From Schizochytrium sp. TIO01 (Eukaryota > Protista > Bigyra: Labyrinthulomycetes), in NCBI GenBank assembly GCA_004764695.1, contig SMSO01000025.1, positions 4,628,862-4,692,861 of the forward strand: a DNA stretch of 64,000 nt, in the 5' to 3' direction. The position numbers and the translations under genes were made by a program. Of the stretch, positions 22,618 to 34,002 are shown in pieces; positions within the stretch are counted from its first letter, which is position 1, and the number at the start of each line of letters is the position of its first letter. The notes beneath the pieces were generated by a model, which saw only the letters and a list, made by a program, of their open reading frames with translations, was not told where the DNA came from and did no database searches.

Positions 22618-25600
22618 ATGCGGCGTGAGCAGGTCTTGTGGAACGTCTACGTGGACGGTGGCGCCGCCCATGCCGATGTGGTGCTGCCGAGGCTTCCAGA
22701 GGCTGGTGCTGAAGACCTTGGACCGTGCACGGTAGAGTTTGTCCGTGAGGATGACGGTGAGGACCACATCGCGCTTGAGTACTACTTCGAGGACGTACCT
22801 GGCAGCGGCAACGTCGCCACGAGCTCATCCTCTTCGAGCTTGGCAACCTTTATCTCGACCCAAACTATAAACCAGAATCAAACTCTGACGAACCAAAGCC
22901 ACAATCAGGATAATAGCGAAGACCAGAATCAAGAAATTATTGTGAATTCCGCTGCACATTTGCCCGGAGCTGCTTCATCTGCACCCATCGTGATGGCCCC
23001 TAGTGGAAGGGCAGGGCTCGCTCGCAACTCTGCTAGCAGAAGCAGGAGCAGCACTCCATTACTGCCCGGTGCCATTTCGGATGAAGAAGATGGACATGAT
23101 GAAGAAAGATCGATTGCATCGGGGTCTGAGGACGATGATGACTTCAATGGCCTTCTGGCTGAAGCTGCGCAGAAACCAACAACGATGACTGTACGGAATG
23201 GTCAGACGGTCAGGCTGCACATTACGGCCTCGTCTAGGTTCTCTGCAACGTCACAGAATGTAGCAACTGCCAAGGCAGAGACTCAGAAGGGAGCGGACGG
23301 TAGTGTAAGGGCTTCTACTACAGGCGAGAAGTCTGATGTTTCACCAATTGAGCGCCACCTCAGCGAGAAGAGCATTAGGGCTTCAGACTCCGGCGAGCAC
23401 GATGGAAGTGGGTCTAGCAGGAATGCCTTCGTCACTGTGCGTGGCCGAATCGTAGTACACAGAAAGTCGTCATCTTCATTCTCTTCATCATCTTCTTTAT
23501 CAAGTCTTGACAGAGTTAACAGCAAGGGACGTGACGATGCTAATGAGAAAGATCGCCAGAGTATGTGCACAGACGATGATACCATTGCTGACGCTGAAGG
23601 TAACGATGATGAGCGTGTCAAGTGCGATAGGAATGGTGATGATAACGATGGCGAGGACGGCCGCGATGATGATGACGACGACGATGATGATATCAATAGC
23701 GAAGAGGAGGATGTAGAAGAGGTTGCACTCATCATTATGGTCTGCAAGAGTGTGCTAGAATGCGATGTCTCTCAGCTCGCTTTTTACGACTGCATTCCTA
23801 ATAAAAGCTATTGGAAAGAATTCACGATTTGGAATCGAAGCGAAATTCCATTGCAGTTTCGTTGCATTAGCGTCAACGCAGATGCGATTGCTTTGCAAGT
23901 GCAAGAGGATACTAAGCTTTTTGATGCAGGCCGAAGGCTGTCGGTACCAGGGTATAGCCATCGGCGCCTTAGGGTGACATATCGCCCAGCAGGTGAAGGG
24001 GCTTTCAAGTACACCATTTGCATCGAAAATATTAATAATCTGAGCAACTCAGAACGGGTGCTAGTTCATACAAATACGCATGCTCCGGGGAGGGCAATGG
24101 AAAGTGGAGGTGCCCTTTTGGTAAGGGATGCTAAAGCGAACACGGAGATTCGCTCTATTAACTTCAATGACTGTCTTCTTGGTGTGAAGGTTGAACGCAT
24201 GGTGCGTATAAAAAACACAACGGATCGTGAGCTTGATATTCCTTTAACATCTTCGTCGCCATTTGTTAGCTTCACGTTTGATCAGGATAAGCGCGTTAAG
24301 GAAGACCTCGATGCCCCACCGCGGGCTTCCACAGCGAATAATTCCATGAAAGAAGTTGGCAATGCTGGTAATATCAACTCTACAATTTTGTCAAACAAGG
24401 ATGAACTTATGAGAAGTCTCAATGCTGATTTACTCTCTTACGTTTCGTCAGAGGTTGCAAAACCACCAGATGTAGATGGCGTGGATGCCATGACAAATCA
24501 AGATGACGATGCCAGCGAAAAGTCTTATCAGGTTGGCCATCAAGTTGATCTTCAGTATATCGAAGCTGGATCGGAGAGCGTTGCAGGTTCAGAAAACAGA
24601 TCTCGCGCCACTTCACCAGTCCCAATGGGTGGTTGGGGTGACAATGGTCCAGAAGATGAGGAGAATGCCTTTCGCGTCCGACGATTCAGCTCGCAATCAA
24701 TGCCAGTGCTCACGACGGATCGTGAGAGGTCCCGATCTCCTCCAAGCACTGTCGAACAACAACAACATCAGGTAGAAAAAAAGACTGTACGGCCAACACC
24801 ATTAATCTCAAAACAATCAATGGAAACTCCATCAATATTAAGTCGAGAAAGGTCAGTGGATGGGAATTCAGATAATTTTGGCAGCGCTATTGAACCTGGT
24901 TCTAATACTGCAAGCTCGCGGAACTTAAGAGTAAGGAAAGATAGTTTCGATAGTGCAGCTACAAATAGTGATGATGATCGCGATGAAGACGAAGATGAGG
25001 ACGACGAAGATGACGATGAAGATGACGATAGTGACCTGAACAGGAAGTCGGGCTCATCTAATAGTCGAAAACATCGCGGGAGGGGTGGGCGAGGCAAGGA
25101 GTCGCAAGCATCACACATGGGAAAGCTCGCACGACGTGGAAGTGCTGACTCCACAGCTAGCAGCCACAAAGGATCAGATTTGAAGGAGTCTCATGGTAGT
25201 AAACGTGCAATGCAAAAGGCTTCTGATGCAACTCTGAGTTTAGGACCAGGTATGGAGAAAGTCGTAATCATCAAATACCGCCCGGGGGTACTTGATCAGG
25301 ATGAAGAAACAAGTACATCGAAACTAGCATACAAGCTCCGCCGTCGTGACTTCCTGATACACTTCTCGAGTCTTACGATTCATGCGTCTGCTAGAGTCTG
25401 TAAGAACGGCATTGCTCTTGCTGCTCCGGAATTGAACTTTGGAGATTGTAATGTAGGTGTCCTCAAGACAAAGACTGTTCGCATCTTTAATCTTAGTGAC
25501 CTGAAGACAAATGTAAAAGTCCTGCTGCGTAGTAAAGTCGTCACACTCTATGTTGAAAATGTAGAGGAGCCGCTCGTTGGCGGAGCTCTTGTTGAAAACT

Positions 25601-28600
25601 CATTCGAGCTTGAACCACATGCTGTAAAAACAATAACTGTGTGGTTCATGGCTCGCAAAGTAAATCTGAACTACCATAAGCTTATTCAATTCAAGTCAGT
25701 TCAGTCTAATGTCACATTAACAGTGCGCTCCTCGAACATGGACTCACACAACATTATCTACCACTCATTATTCTATCGCCTGCTTCCTTTAGCTAAGGAT
25801 TATCCTCGGGAGGTTCTCCAAGGCCAAAAACACAAGACACCGCCTCGGAATCATCTTAGTGAAATTGATTTCGGTGAACTTGTTTTTCGAAGCCCCGGTC
25901 TTCGTTCGTTTCAAGTTCGAAATATTGCAAATAAGCCCATCACCTTGCGCTTCACGACAAGCCGGGCACACCTTCGATGTTATCTCCTTGAAGAACGCCC
26001 TTCTGATGCTAAACGAGTAGATTCTGCTAAAGGTACCGGTGAAGGTGCTGGGCTAGTTGCTGGAAGTTCATTAGACCCTATTACACCAGCAAAGACCCAT
26101 CGTAAGGCCGAAAGCCTTGAAGATGCTCCGACGACGAGGCATATTCTTAGTGATTCCTTCGATGATACTTTTGTGCCAACCCCAGGTGGTGCGAGTGAGC
26201 GGAAGTCATCAACTGACTATCAGTCGGGCATGACACCAACGCAAACGCTAAAGTCCTCAATAACCGCGAATGAGGACCCTGTGGTTCGTCTTCGCCACCA
26301 TTCTATGACGAATATGTCAACAGAGTCTTCAGGAGATGTTTACAGTGCAAAGGATGCGGAGCCCAGTTCGAACCATCCCGTTGAATCAGATAAAATGTCA
26401 GCCATGGCCTCAGCTTTGGAGAATATTCATCTTACTCACTCTTGGTCTGGTACTCCGGGTCCATGCAAATCAGATGAGGACAATGATAATAATCTCGATA
26501 GTGCTGGTCTCGATGGGGATACTGAAAGTTTGCATGAACAAGAGGACGATGACGATGTACCATCATCTTCCCTTGGTAGGCGTCGCTTGAGTGGTCACAT
26601 TTCTGATGAAGTAAGTGAGCTTCACAGCGTCTATCGAGGCACACGTAAAACTTCTGATGATGAAAGTGCGGATGATGTGGCAAGGGAACAAGCGAACGTC
26701 CGCCGATCTCGGTCTCTCACAAATTTACTTGAAAAGGATGACGACGAAGACAGCGATTTGCCACAGGCTCCTAGACGCGGCGGTGGCGGTACGGACAAAA
26801 GCAAAAAGGGGAAAAAGCAAAACGCGCACGAGAACACTCCAAGCGCCCACAGCTTTGAATTTTGGACCCCTGACCATGATAAAAGAGGTAGTGATCTCGA
26901 AGATAGCGCAGTTGGTTCTGGAGTCTCTCTTAACACAAATGGTCCAGGCGAAAATACATCAAAATCCCAACGGCGTTCCGAAATTCCTGACTGGAATGCG
27001 ATTTGCGATGCCTTTGAGCGCCCTCAGAAGCTATTTTTCAGTGGTATGGAACCTAGCGAAGAACACGCTGTCGTAAACCAAGCCGAAGAGCGCATTAAAG
27101 CACTCAAACAGGCTCTGCAAAACCTCACGCCTCTGGGAAATCTTGTAATTCCTGCTGGACAAAGTATACGCATTGGGGTCGTTATTTACCCCCCTCCCCG
27201 GAAATCTTCTGATCAATCATCAGAATCCGCTCTTGACGAGGATGATGCTTCTGCTGCTGCTGTTGTGCGTGATCAAGATACCCACTTCACGGGAAAACTC
27301 CGTTCAGTAACTGAACATATCTTTGTCGAGCAGCTGGATTTGGATGAATCTGATATGGAGCGTATTCGTCAAATTCATACGTGGGGGCGGGTTACACATG
27401 ATGAAGTTCGCTTGGAGAAGCGTGCTCTGCCTGTTGTAGCAAAGGTGGGTAAGGCAATTATGACATTTGCTCAGCGTCAGATCAACTTTGGGCTTGTCAA
27501 GTTTCCTTATTACCCAGCCATCCGAACATTGTATTTAAGCAACGAAAGTGCTCTACCTTTGGTTTACAAATTCCGCAAATCTAGATCCTTTAATGCTGGC
27601 TTTCTTGAACTCATACGCAACTCAATGGGTATGGTGCGCCCTTTTAGTACAAAGGAAATTCAATTCCGTTTTATGCCAACGATGGCAGGGCCAATTGATG
27701 AGACGTTAACAGTGTACAATGTTCTAGATGAAGCTGGATCATTAGCTATTAAGATCAAAGCTACAGTTGTTCGGCCGCAACGTTTCCAGGTGGATACTGC
27801 ACAACTCTTTTTTGAGTGTATTAAGCGGAGTAGTAGCGTGCAATCGCTTGTCATTCGGAACGCCTATCACAAGCATCGCGAATTTGCTATCAAACTCAAG
27901 GGAAGCAGCTTGGAGCCTTTTCGTTTAAGGTTTGCGTCAATTGCGTCTTCAACACGAATTCCACCACAGCTTGGTGAACAAATTGAACATCTTCAACATA
28001 AGTACCGCATCGCCGAAACCAAAAACCAGGTGAAAAAGCTCAAATCTCTTCGTGCTAAGCTCGATGAGCTATACGAAAAGGGAAACAAGCAACAAGCTGA
28101 TCACATGCGCTTGTTGGCATTACCCACCGGAGGAGCTAAGCTCGCTATCCCCCCTGAAGCAACAGCAAGTGTCCAGCTCCAGGCATTTGTGAGCACAGAG
28201 CGGAGTGGACAACTTCGACCTGGTGACTACCATGGAATTTTGCAAATTTTCCAGGTGAAAAACCAAGATGCTGTTCTCGAAGTTCCCATTGTGATTCGCA
28301 ACTCAATCATAAGTCCTTCAATGAGTCGCTATGACACACCTCCGTTGATTCCTGCCTCTTTAGCTGTCGATGTGGAAGCAACAGATGATACAGCACAACG
28401 CCGCACTAAGTTCGAGTTTGCAAGGCAGCATCGCAAGGTCGAGTTGTTGATTGGGAAAACGACTAATGAGATCTCGTCATCAACCGTGCCTCGACCACTA
28501 TCTACAACTATCACTGAACCAAAAAAATCAAGTGATGAGGCTCCTTTATCAAAATCAATGCATCAGCACTCCTCATCTCAGGGTTCCAAGGTCTCTGATT

Positions 28601-31600
28601 TGGTCGCAAAACCTCCACCGTTTTCTCCTGTGCGGAAGTCATCTTCTATTTCTCCGTCACCTGTATCTACCTCTGGGGGTGGCACAGCTTATCCACCCCC
28701 TATGCACCCAGAATCGTTACGTCGATCGCCAACTTCTCGGCGCAAGGCGCCAAAGAGTGGGCGCCAATTTATTTCTCCAGTTCGTCCGATGATGAAACCT
28801 CGTGATCCTGTTGTTCCTGAACGTATTGACAAAGCACTCTCAAGTAGCATTGGTTCTAGCTCTAGTTCGGCTTCTTCTTCAAACAGCCAGGCATCTCCAT
28901 CTAATTTTGATTTTGATGTCACACCTAAAGTGTTCAACTTTGGTGCCATAACACGCAAAACGTCCACACTCATGGCTAGGTTCGAAGTGCGTCTGAAATC
29001 TAAGCCAGATCACAAAACATCATCACCTTTTGAATTTCAAGTCTATAATTCTAGTGTACCGGCTGCTGAGGAAGGCCACCTTACGCAACATTCTTTACTT
29101 AACGGGGAAGATACACTGCCCCTTGAGATTCCTGTTCGTGTTTCGCGTGGAGGCAAAGGTGGTCGTTATTCTCGTACGATCAAAGTTCAGTGCCAGGGAA
29201 AGCTCAAGACAGTGATTGTCAAATATAATATTATGCACGTGCACTTTCTTAATTTGGATCCAGAGCTGACTGGACGCCCAGCAACGCTGGACTTCGGTTT
29301 TTGCTATATTAAGACGGCGCACCCGATTCCTCCACAAAAGGTTTGGATTAAAAATATCTTTGATCAACCTTTAGCCATAAGTGCCGAGTCACCATACAAA
29401 CGGCAAATCAGGATTTTCATGGATTTAGAAAAAACCATACCTATGGAAGAGATTCTGGTACAGCCAGATCAGGACATTATATGTTGGGTGTTTATTGAGC
29501 CTGACCTCGTGGGTGAAACTTCTCGAGTCTTTCGTGGTGGTGTACAATTTCTAACGAAGGGGTCTTTCACATGCACAGTTAAGGTCAAAGCTACGATCGG
29601 TATCAGTGAATGGGCTTTGGATTGCTCTTACTTAGACATGGGAATTCTTCACTCTCCGACTGATGTATTGCGAGGAACATTTTCCGTCAAGAATCAAACT
29701 AAGGGTATGCCTTTACGCTATCGTCTCGAGCGTAAAGATAAAGACTCTGACAACGACACACTTGCAATTGATTTCCCCTCATCTGCAGAGGATATTGCAC
29801 TTGGAATTGACTCATCCAAGCTCTCGGAAGAGCGGGAGGTTGCTGCTGAGGCCGAGGACCGGGTGACTATTGCTGTAAAGCTCACGAAGCTGCTCACAGA
29901 GTTGCGTGGTATTTTTGTCTCATCTGTCAGGGTCATCAATGTTGTCAATGACGAATCTGCAGAACTTAGAGTATTTGCACTTGTTCCACCCCCAGTGGAT
30001 TTAGGTTTGTCTGCTCTCGTGAGTTTTGACGCTTGTTTTCTTGGAGTTTCATTTACTGATAATGACGGTAAAGTGGAGCGACCTGGTTCAAGCACTTACT
30101 CCTTTGTAAATTCGTTGGCCAGCCGCTCAATCGATTTGAGGATACGCATTTTCAACTCAGACAGTGTTGAGTTTCCTTCTCCATTAGAGTTGTTGGATAG
30201 TGGTCCAGATGGTACCATTGTCAGAACACTCGAGGCGGGCGGGCAAGAAGATGTGCAAGTACAGGTACGACCCAAGACAGACTTGCGCGGCGTGGAGTCT
30301 GTGAGTGGTCTCATGTTATTTTATGTCAATGAGAATCTTGTGCGAGCCACCAGAATCGAAGGAGCTGTGCAGAATTATGCTCTCCAATTGGCCCAAGATT
30401 CTGTTGATATTGGGAAGGTCTTTGTCAACATGGTACACAGGGTTACTGTTGAAGTGCAGAACGCTGTGCCAGAGTTAGAGCTGGATCTTCGCGTGGACAA
30501 TTTCTCACCCTGTGGTTTGGCGAAAGCATGGTATGATTCTTCTGAGCATCTTATCAATATAGACTTAGAAATTGGTAATGGTACAGATGCGGTTTTGCCA
30601 GTTGATGCTTTACTTGTGGTCACAAACTTATTAAATCCTGTTGACCAAAGAACTGTAAAGATTTCTGGACGCATTGTTTCTCGTGTCGTAGAAATGCCAA
30701 CGCAACTGACGCTACCTACACTTGTGATTCCTGCTCCAAACCCAAGTGATCCTCTGGAATGCAGTTCCTGGTTTACAATCCGCAATGTATTCGGAGAACC
30801 TCTAGTGTGTACCGTCGAGTCTGAATATGAACCTGCTTGGGCACGTTTCATCAAGATGACCGCGATCCTGCGTGTTTCGAATGAGCCAGTCCAAGAAATT
30901 CGTCTTGATAGTGATGAGTCTATTGATGTTCGTGTTGTTCTTGAACCACGCTCGGGCGCCCGACTCCCTCGGGGTAGTTTTCAAGATGTTGTTTTCGGAA
31001 AACTTCATATTCAAGCGAACGACCTCAAACATTCTATTGAATTGTCAGCATCCTTCAAGCCGGGTAAAACATTTACTCTGTCTACCTCGAAGCTGATGTT
31101 CTATTCCACCCGCCGCGAGCCTAAAGTAATTGAACTTGTGAAGGCATCAGAAAACCAAGGGTTTCATGTGCGCAATCTTTCGATGCGCACGACTTTGCGA
31201 TTCCGTGTACAAGCTGATGCGTTGAATATGGCACGGGGCGTTAAAATCCTTGCACGACAGCCTGGCACAAACAACGCTATTGCTTGCTCTCGCGTCCAAC
31301 CTACCGCAATTGGGACAGATCCTACATTTTCCGTTGAGCCAAGTAAATCAATATTCGTGAAAATTGAGCTGTGGGCTATCACATCCCCCACTGCAACAGA
31401 GGAAACTGATGCGTACGCTGAGGACGACCTCACTTCGACGCCATCCAATGAGGACTCTTTGTTGCGGGAAGGAAACGAGAGTTCTGTCCGTGGCATTCTC
31501 CGGGTTCTAGATGTTGACTCGCCTGGCACTGAAGAGCAAATCTTGGTTAATATTCGACCTGGGTCAATCTCTACAAGCGAGGGTGCATCCTCTTCGAACG

Positions 31601-34002
31601 CAGCGGTTTTGCAAAGCGCCAATTCTTCGAACAATTTGAGGAATTTGGATGAACATGGCGGAGTGCAAGTACAGAGCCTCCAGAACGCGAGGGAATGCTC
31701 GGAAGCAGAAGCTGGTAATATCGCTCCGTCGCTTACAAATGCAGAAACTCTGGGTGCCACGTCGGTAAACGAATCACTCTCTGCAGGAGCTGATCTTGTG
31801 AGCTGGCGAAAGTCTATGCTCTCTGATATTTCATCTGAGATCTCGAGCCATCCTTTCGAGCGACCCGCAACGCCGAATATGGCTCAACTAGTGCTTACGC
31901 ACTCATTAACAAAGCGTGGCGGTTCCGATCGAGGTGACCTGCTACCCTTTGCTGCCAGTTCCAAAACAAGTACGTCTAGCGGGTCAGGAGGGACTCCACC
32001 TCTCACGAGAGATTCCTCATTTTCTCATGACGGAGATGTGATAAGTCATGGTGAATCTGTGGCGAGAGCGATGGGTGCTTCTGCGAAGCCACCTTCGGAA
32101 CCCAATATTTCACGATCAGCTTCACCCGCCGTTGCATCTGTTGGGCATGAAACATCTCAGGATGACCACAGTGAAGATGGGGATCCCTCGACACTCCCTG
32201 ACATTTCGGGTAATCGAATGCTAAGACCTGCAGCAACATCATTTGAATCGACTTCATCAGTTGAATCATCTTCTTCGTCAGTTCAGGTTGGCAAGTCAGT
32301 ATCGTGGGAGGAGCAACTAATTGCCAAAGCTTCCCTCTTTAGTCAGGTATTCAGCACCCTTGAAATGAATGGGACTTCGGAACACTCTATCGCCTTACAT
32401 GGTTGCACGCCGTTGGGTCGATCTGGTAACCGTTTTGAGATTAATGTTGGCCGTTTGACGTGTGGCACTGGCTCAAGTGAGTGGAGCATCGATATTCAGA
32501 ATGTGAGTCGAGGTCCAGTGGAGTACGATATTATCCTGCTTGAAGAGAAGGACAGGTCATGGCTGTCTCTTTCAAGAGCAACAGGCTTCCTCAATACAGA
32601 GCATGATTTTCATACGGTGAATCTGCGATTTTCGACGGATACTTTTGGTTCGTTCTCCACATACCTTTTGCTGTTAGAAAACAAGTACGAAAATGTTAAG
32701 GTCATTCGTATAGTGATGGATGTCGTTGCTGCTGCCTTTTCTGATGTTGTCGCTGCACAGCTGAGCACCAGTGAGCCTGCGGCGCCGCGCAGCTTGTTTT
32801 GCGTGACTGCATGCGGAGATGATTACTTTGGCACGGAGTCTCCAGGAGTAATTGACCTGGGAGATATTGTGCAAGGGTTATGCATGCGCACTCATTCATT
32901 CATTCTGAAGAATCTGTCTACAATGCCTTTGATGCTTCTACTCTCACATGATGCTCAGGACCCACGTTTCGTCGAGTTCTGCCTAGATCCTACAGGTCTT
33001 GCTGTGATCAATTCTGTCTCCCTTCCTCCAGGGGGGCAACAACGTCTCTTCATGCTGGTCTCCCCCAGCAAAACAACCCCTTCAGGAAGCCTCAGTACTC
33101 ATGTAAAGATATCTTGTGAGAGTGTGAAGGATCTCGAGGTGGCACTTGAACTTCGGGCTCAGTGCCTAGTTCCTGCATTACAGGTAGGCCCGCTGAAATG
33201 GGAGCATGTGGAAGACGAGTCGGAAGCTACAAAGCTGGCAATGCTCGGCGAGGAGCGTCAACAACTGCGTTTCGTCTATTTCGGCAACGAGCAACTGCAT
33301 GATACAGCGCATGTGGTCTTGCGAAATAGCAGCCAAAAGTCTATAACCGCGAGACTTACATCCGCATCACCATTTTTCTTAGTATCGGTCCCAGACGCGG
33401 ATAAATTTGCGTCTCCGGTAGATTCTATCACGTTGCAGCCCGAAGAGTCAATTCCAATTAGAATTCACCCCAATGTGGAGAAGTTGAAGCAAGCTGTGGC
33501 AGACGAACAGGGTAAAGACTACGGCTCGCGGGATGCTCAGTCCTCGGTATCCGTAATAGGGCATTTATTTGTGGCAAACCAGGACAGAGAGCGTGTGCAT
33601 TTCGTGCTACACTATGAAGAGCAGATTGGAACATTGGGTTCTCCTCGTAATGATACATGGGCGATTGTAACAACCGTAGATCAGCTTCGTCTCGAGGCCC
33701 AGGTAGCACGAGCCATAGATCGTGTATATAACTACCGGTTCTCCAAGTCTACCAAACCGCTTATGGATGCCATCCTCCATGACATTTCAGTCCTTACGGA
33801 TATTTTTATCTCATTTGCGTATCGGCGTCTCCGAGGTGGAAATGTTCACCAAATTGCTGCGTTGCTATTTCACGTTTGTCTTTCCGTCACGGATGGCATT
33901 AAGCCAAGTGCCATTCGCAACGTGCGGCGCCTGCTTTCGTGCATCCCCGGCCGTGAGCCAGCATTCAGCTCTCTGTCATCTTATCTACAAAACGACGTGT
34001 AA
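22618..34002 (+). CDS. Giant (3794 aa) uncharacterised protein with many ASH/PapD-like Ig-fold repeats separated by acidic/Ser-rich linkers
   Basis: Uninterrupted 11.4-kb ORF. Recurrent [LI][DN]FG-x(10-14)-hydrophobic-x-N-x-S motif, e.g. LNFGDCNVGVLKTKTVRIFNLSD, IDFGELVFRSPGLRSFQVRNIAN, IDLGDIVQGLCMRTHSFILKNLST. Confidence 0.85.
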   Translation: MRREQVLWNVYVDGGAAHADVVLPRLPEAGAEDLGPCTVEFVREDDGEDHIALEYYFEDVPGSGNVATSSSSSSLATFISTQTINQNQTLTNQSHNQDNSEDQNQEIIVNSAAHLPGAASSAPIVMAPSGRAGLARNSASRSRSSTPLLPGAISDEEDGHDEERSIASGSEDDDDFNGLLAEAAQKPTTMTVRNGQTVRLHITASSRFSATSQNVATAKAETQKGADGSVRASTTGEKSDVSPIERHLSEKSIRASDSGEHDGSGSSRNAFVTVRGRIVVHRKSSSSFSSSSSLSSLDRVNSKGRDDANEKDRQSMCTDDDTIADAEGNDDERVKCDRNGDDNDGEDGRDDDDDDDDDINSEEEDVEEVALIIMVCKSVLECDVSQLAFYDCIPNKSYWKEFTIWNRSEIPLQFRCISVNADAIALQVQEDTKLFDAGRRLSVPGYSHRRLRVTYRPAGEGAFKYTICIENINNLSNSERVLVHTNTHAPGRAMESGGALLVRDAKANTEIRSINFNDCLLGVKVERMVRIKNTTDRELDIPLTSSSPFVSFTFDQDKRVKEDLDAPPRASTANNSMKEVGNAGNINSTILSNKDELMRSLNADLLSYVSSEVAKPPDVDGVDAMTNQDDDASEKSYQVGHQVDLQYIEAGSESVAGSENRSRATSPVPMGGWGDNGPEDEENAFRVRRFSSQSMPVLTTDRERSRSPPSTVEQQQHQVEKKTVRPTPLISKQSMETPSILSRERSVDGNSDNFGSAIEPGSNTASSRNLRVRKDSFDSAATNSDDDRDEDEDEDDEDDDEDDDSDLNRKSGSSNSRKHRGRGGRGKESQASHMGKLARRGSADSTASSHKGSDLKESHGSKRAMQKASDATLSLGPGMEKVVIIKYRPGVLDQDEETSTSKLAYKLRRRDFLIHFSSLTIHASARVCKNGIALAAPELNFGDCNVGVLKTKTVRIFNLSDLKTNVKVLLRSKVVTLYVENVEEPLVGGALVENSFELEPHAVKTITVWFMARKVNLNYHKLIQFKSVQSNVTLTVRSSNMDSHNIIYHSLFYRLLPLAKDYPREVLQGQKHKTPPRNHLSEIDFGELVFRSPGLRSFQVRNIANKPITLRFTTSRAHLRCYLLEERPSDAKRVDSAKGTGEGAGLVAGSSLDPITPAKTHRKAESLEDAPTTRHILSDSFDDTFVPTPGGASERKSSTDYQSGMTPTQTLKSSITANEDPVVRLRHHSMTNMSTESSGDVYSAKDAEPSSNHPVESDKMSAMASALENIHLTHSWSGTPGPCKSDEDNDNNLDSAGLDGDTESLHEQEDDDDVPSSSLGRRRLSGHISDEVSELHSVYRGTRKTSDDESADDVAREQANVRRSRSLTNLLEKDDDEDSDLPQAPRRGGGGTDKSKKGKKQNAHENTPSAHSFEFWTPDHDKRGSDLEDSAVGSGVSLNTNGPGENTSKSQRRSEIPDWNAICDAFERPQKLFFSGMEPSEEHAVVNQAEERIKALKQALQNLTPLGNLVIPAGQSIRIGVVIYPPPRKSSDQSSESALDEDDASAAAVVRDQDTHFTGKLRSVTEHIFVEQLDLDESDMERIRQIHTWGRVTHDEVRLEKRALPVVAKVGKAIMTFAQRQINFGLVKFPYYPAIRTLYLSNESALPLVYKFRKSRSFNAGFLELIRNSMGMVRPFSTKEIQFRFMPTMAGPIDETLTVYNVLDEAGSLAIKIKATVVRPQRFQVDTAQLFFECIKRSSSVQSLVIRNAYHKHREFAIKLKGSSLEPFRLRFASIASSTRIPPQLGEQIEHLQHKYRIAETKNQVKKLKSLRAKLDELYEKGNKQQADHMRLLALPTGGAKLAIPPEATASVQLQAFVSTERSGQLRPGDYHGILQIFQVKNQDAVLEVPIVIRNSIISPSMSRYDTPPLIPASLAVDVEATDDTAQRRTKFEFARQHRKVELLIGKTTNEISSSTVPRPLSTTITEPKKSSDEAPLSKSMHQHSSSQGSKVSDLVAKPPPFSPVRKSSSISPSPVSTSGGGTAYPPPMHPESLRRSPTSRRKAPKSGRQFISPVRPMMKPRDPVVPERIDKALSSSIGSSSSSASSSNSQASPSNFDFDVTPKVFNFGAITRKTSTLMARFEVRLKSKPDHKTSSPFEFQVYNSSVPAAEEGHLTQHSLLNGEDTLPLEIPVRVSRGGKGGRYSRTIKVQCQGKLKTVIVKYNIMHVHFLNLDPELTGRPATLDFGFCYIKTAHPIPPQKVWIKNIFDQPLAISAESPYKRQIRIFMDLEKTIPMEEILVQPDQDIICWVFIEPDLVGETSRVFRGGVQFLTKGSFTCTVKVKATIGISEWALDCSYLDMGILHSPTDVLRGTFSVKNQTKGMPLRYRLERKDKDSDNDTLAIDFPSSAEDIALGIDSSKLSEEREVAAEAEDRVTIAVKLTKLLTELRGIFVSSVRVINVVNDESAELRVFALVPPPVDLGLSALVSFDACFLGVSFTDNDGKVERPGSSTYSFVNSLASRSIDLRIRIFNSDSVEFPSPLELLDSGPDGTIVRTLEAGGQEDVQVQVRPKTDLRGVESVSGLMLFYVNENLVRATRIEGAVQNYALQLAQDSVDIGKVFVNMVHRVTVEVQNAVPELELDLRVDNFSPCGLAKAWYDSSEHLINIDLEIGNGTDAVLPVDALLVVTNLLNPVDQRTVKISGRIVSRVVEMPTQLTLPTLVIPAPNPSDPLECSSWFTIRNVFGEPLVCTVESEYEPAWARFIKMTAILRVSNEPVQEIRLDSDESIDVRVVLEPRSGARLPRGSFQDVVFGKLHIQANDLKHSIELSASFKPGKTFTLSTSKLMFYSTRREPKVIELVKASENQGFHVRNLSMRTTLRFRVQADALNMARGVKILARQPGTNNAIACSRVQPTAIGTDPTFSVEPSKSIFVKIELWAITSPTATEETDAYAEDDLTSTPSNEDSLLREGNESSVRGILRVLDVDSPGTEEQILVNIRPGSISTSEGASSSNAAVLQSANSSNNLRNLDEHGGVQVQSLQNARECSEAEAGNIAPSLTNAETLGATSVNESLSAGADLVSWRKSMLSDISSEISSHPFERPATPNMAQLVLTHSLTKRGGSDRGDLLPFAASSKTSTSSGSGGTPPLTRDSSFSHDGDVISHGESVARAMGASAKPPSEPNISRSASPAVASVGHETSQDDHSEDGDPSTLPDISGNRMLRPAATSFESTSSVESSSSSVQVGKSVSWEEQLIAKASLFSQVFSTLEMNGTSEHSIALHGCTPLGRSGNRFEINVGRLTCGTGSSEWSIDIQNVSRGPVEYDIILLEEKDRSWLSLSRATGFLNTEHDFHTVNLRFSTDTFGSFSTYLLLLENKYENVKVIRIVMDVVAAAFSDVVAAQLSTSEPAAPRSLFCVTACGDDYFGTESPGVIDLGDIVQGLCMRTHSFILKNLSTMPLMLLLSHDAQDPRFVEFCLDPTGLAVINSVSLPPGGQQRLFMLVSPSKTTPSGSLSTHVKISCESVKDLEVALELRAQCLVPALQVGPLKWEHVEDESEATKLAMLGEERQQLRFVYFGNEQLHDTAHVVLRNSSQKSITARLTSASPFFLVSVPDADKFASPVDSITLQPEESIPIRIHPNVEKLKQAVADEQGKDYGSRDAQSSVSVIGHLFVANQDRERVHFVLHYEEQIGTLGSPRNDTWAIVTTVDQLRLEAQVARAIDRVYNYRFSKSTKPLMDAILHDISVLTDIFISFAYRRLRGGNVHQIAALLFHVCLSVTDGIKPSAIRNVRRLLSCIPGREPAFSSLSSYLQNDV

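Noticed and set aside
19387-34002. Patched gene plus ASH-repeat gene as a functional cluster
   Set aside because: Adjacency only; the neighbouring genes are functionally unrelated and there is no evidence of co-regulation.
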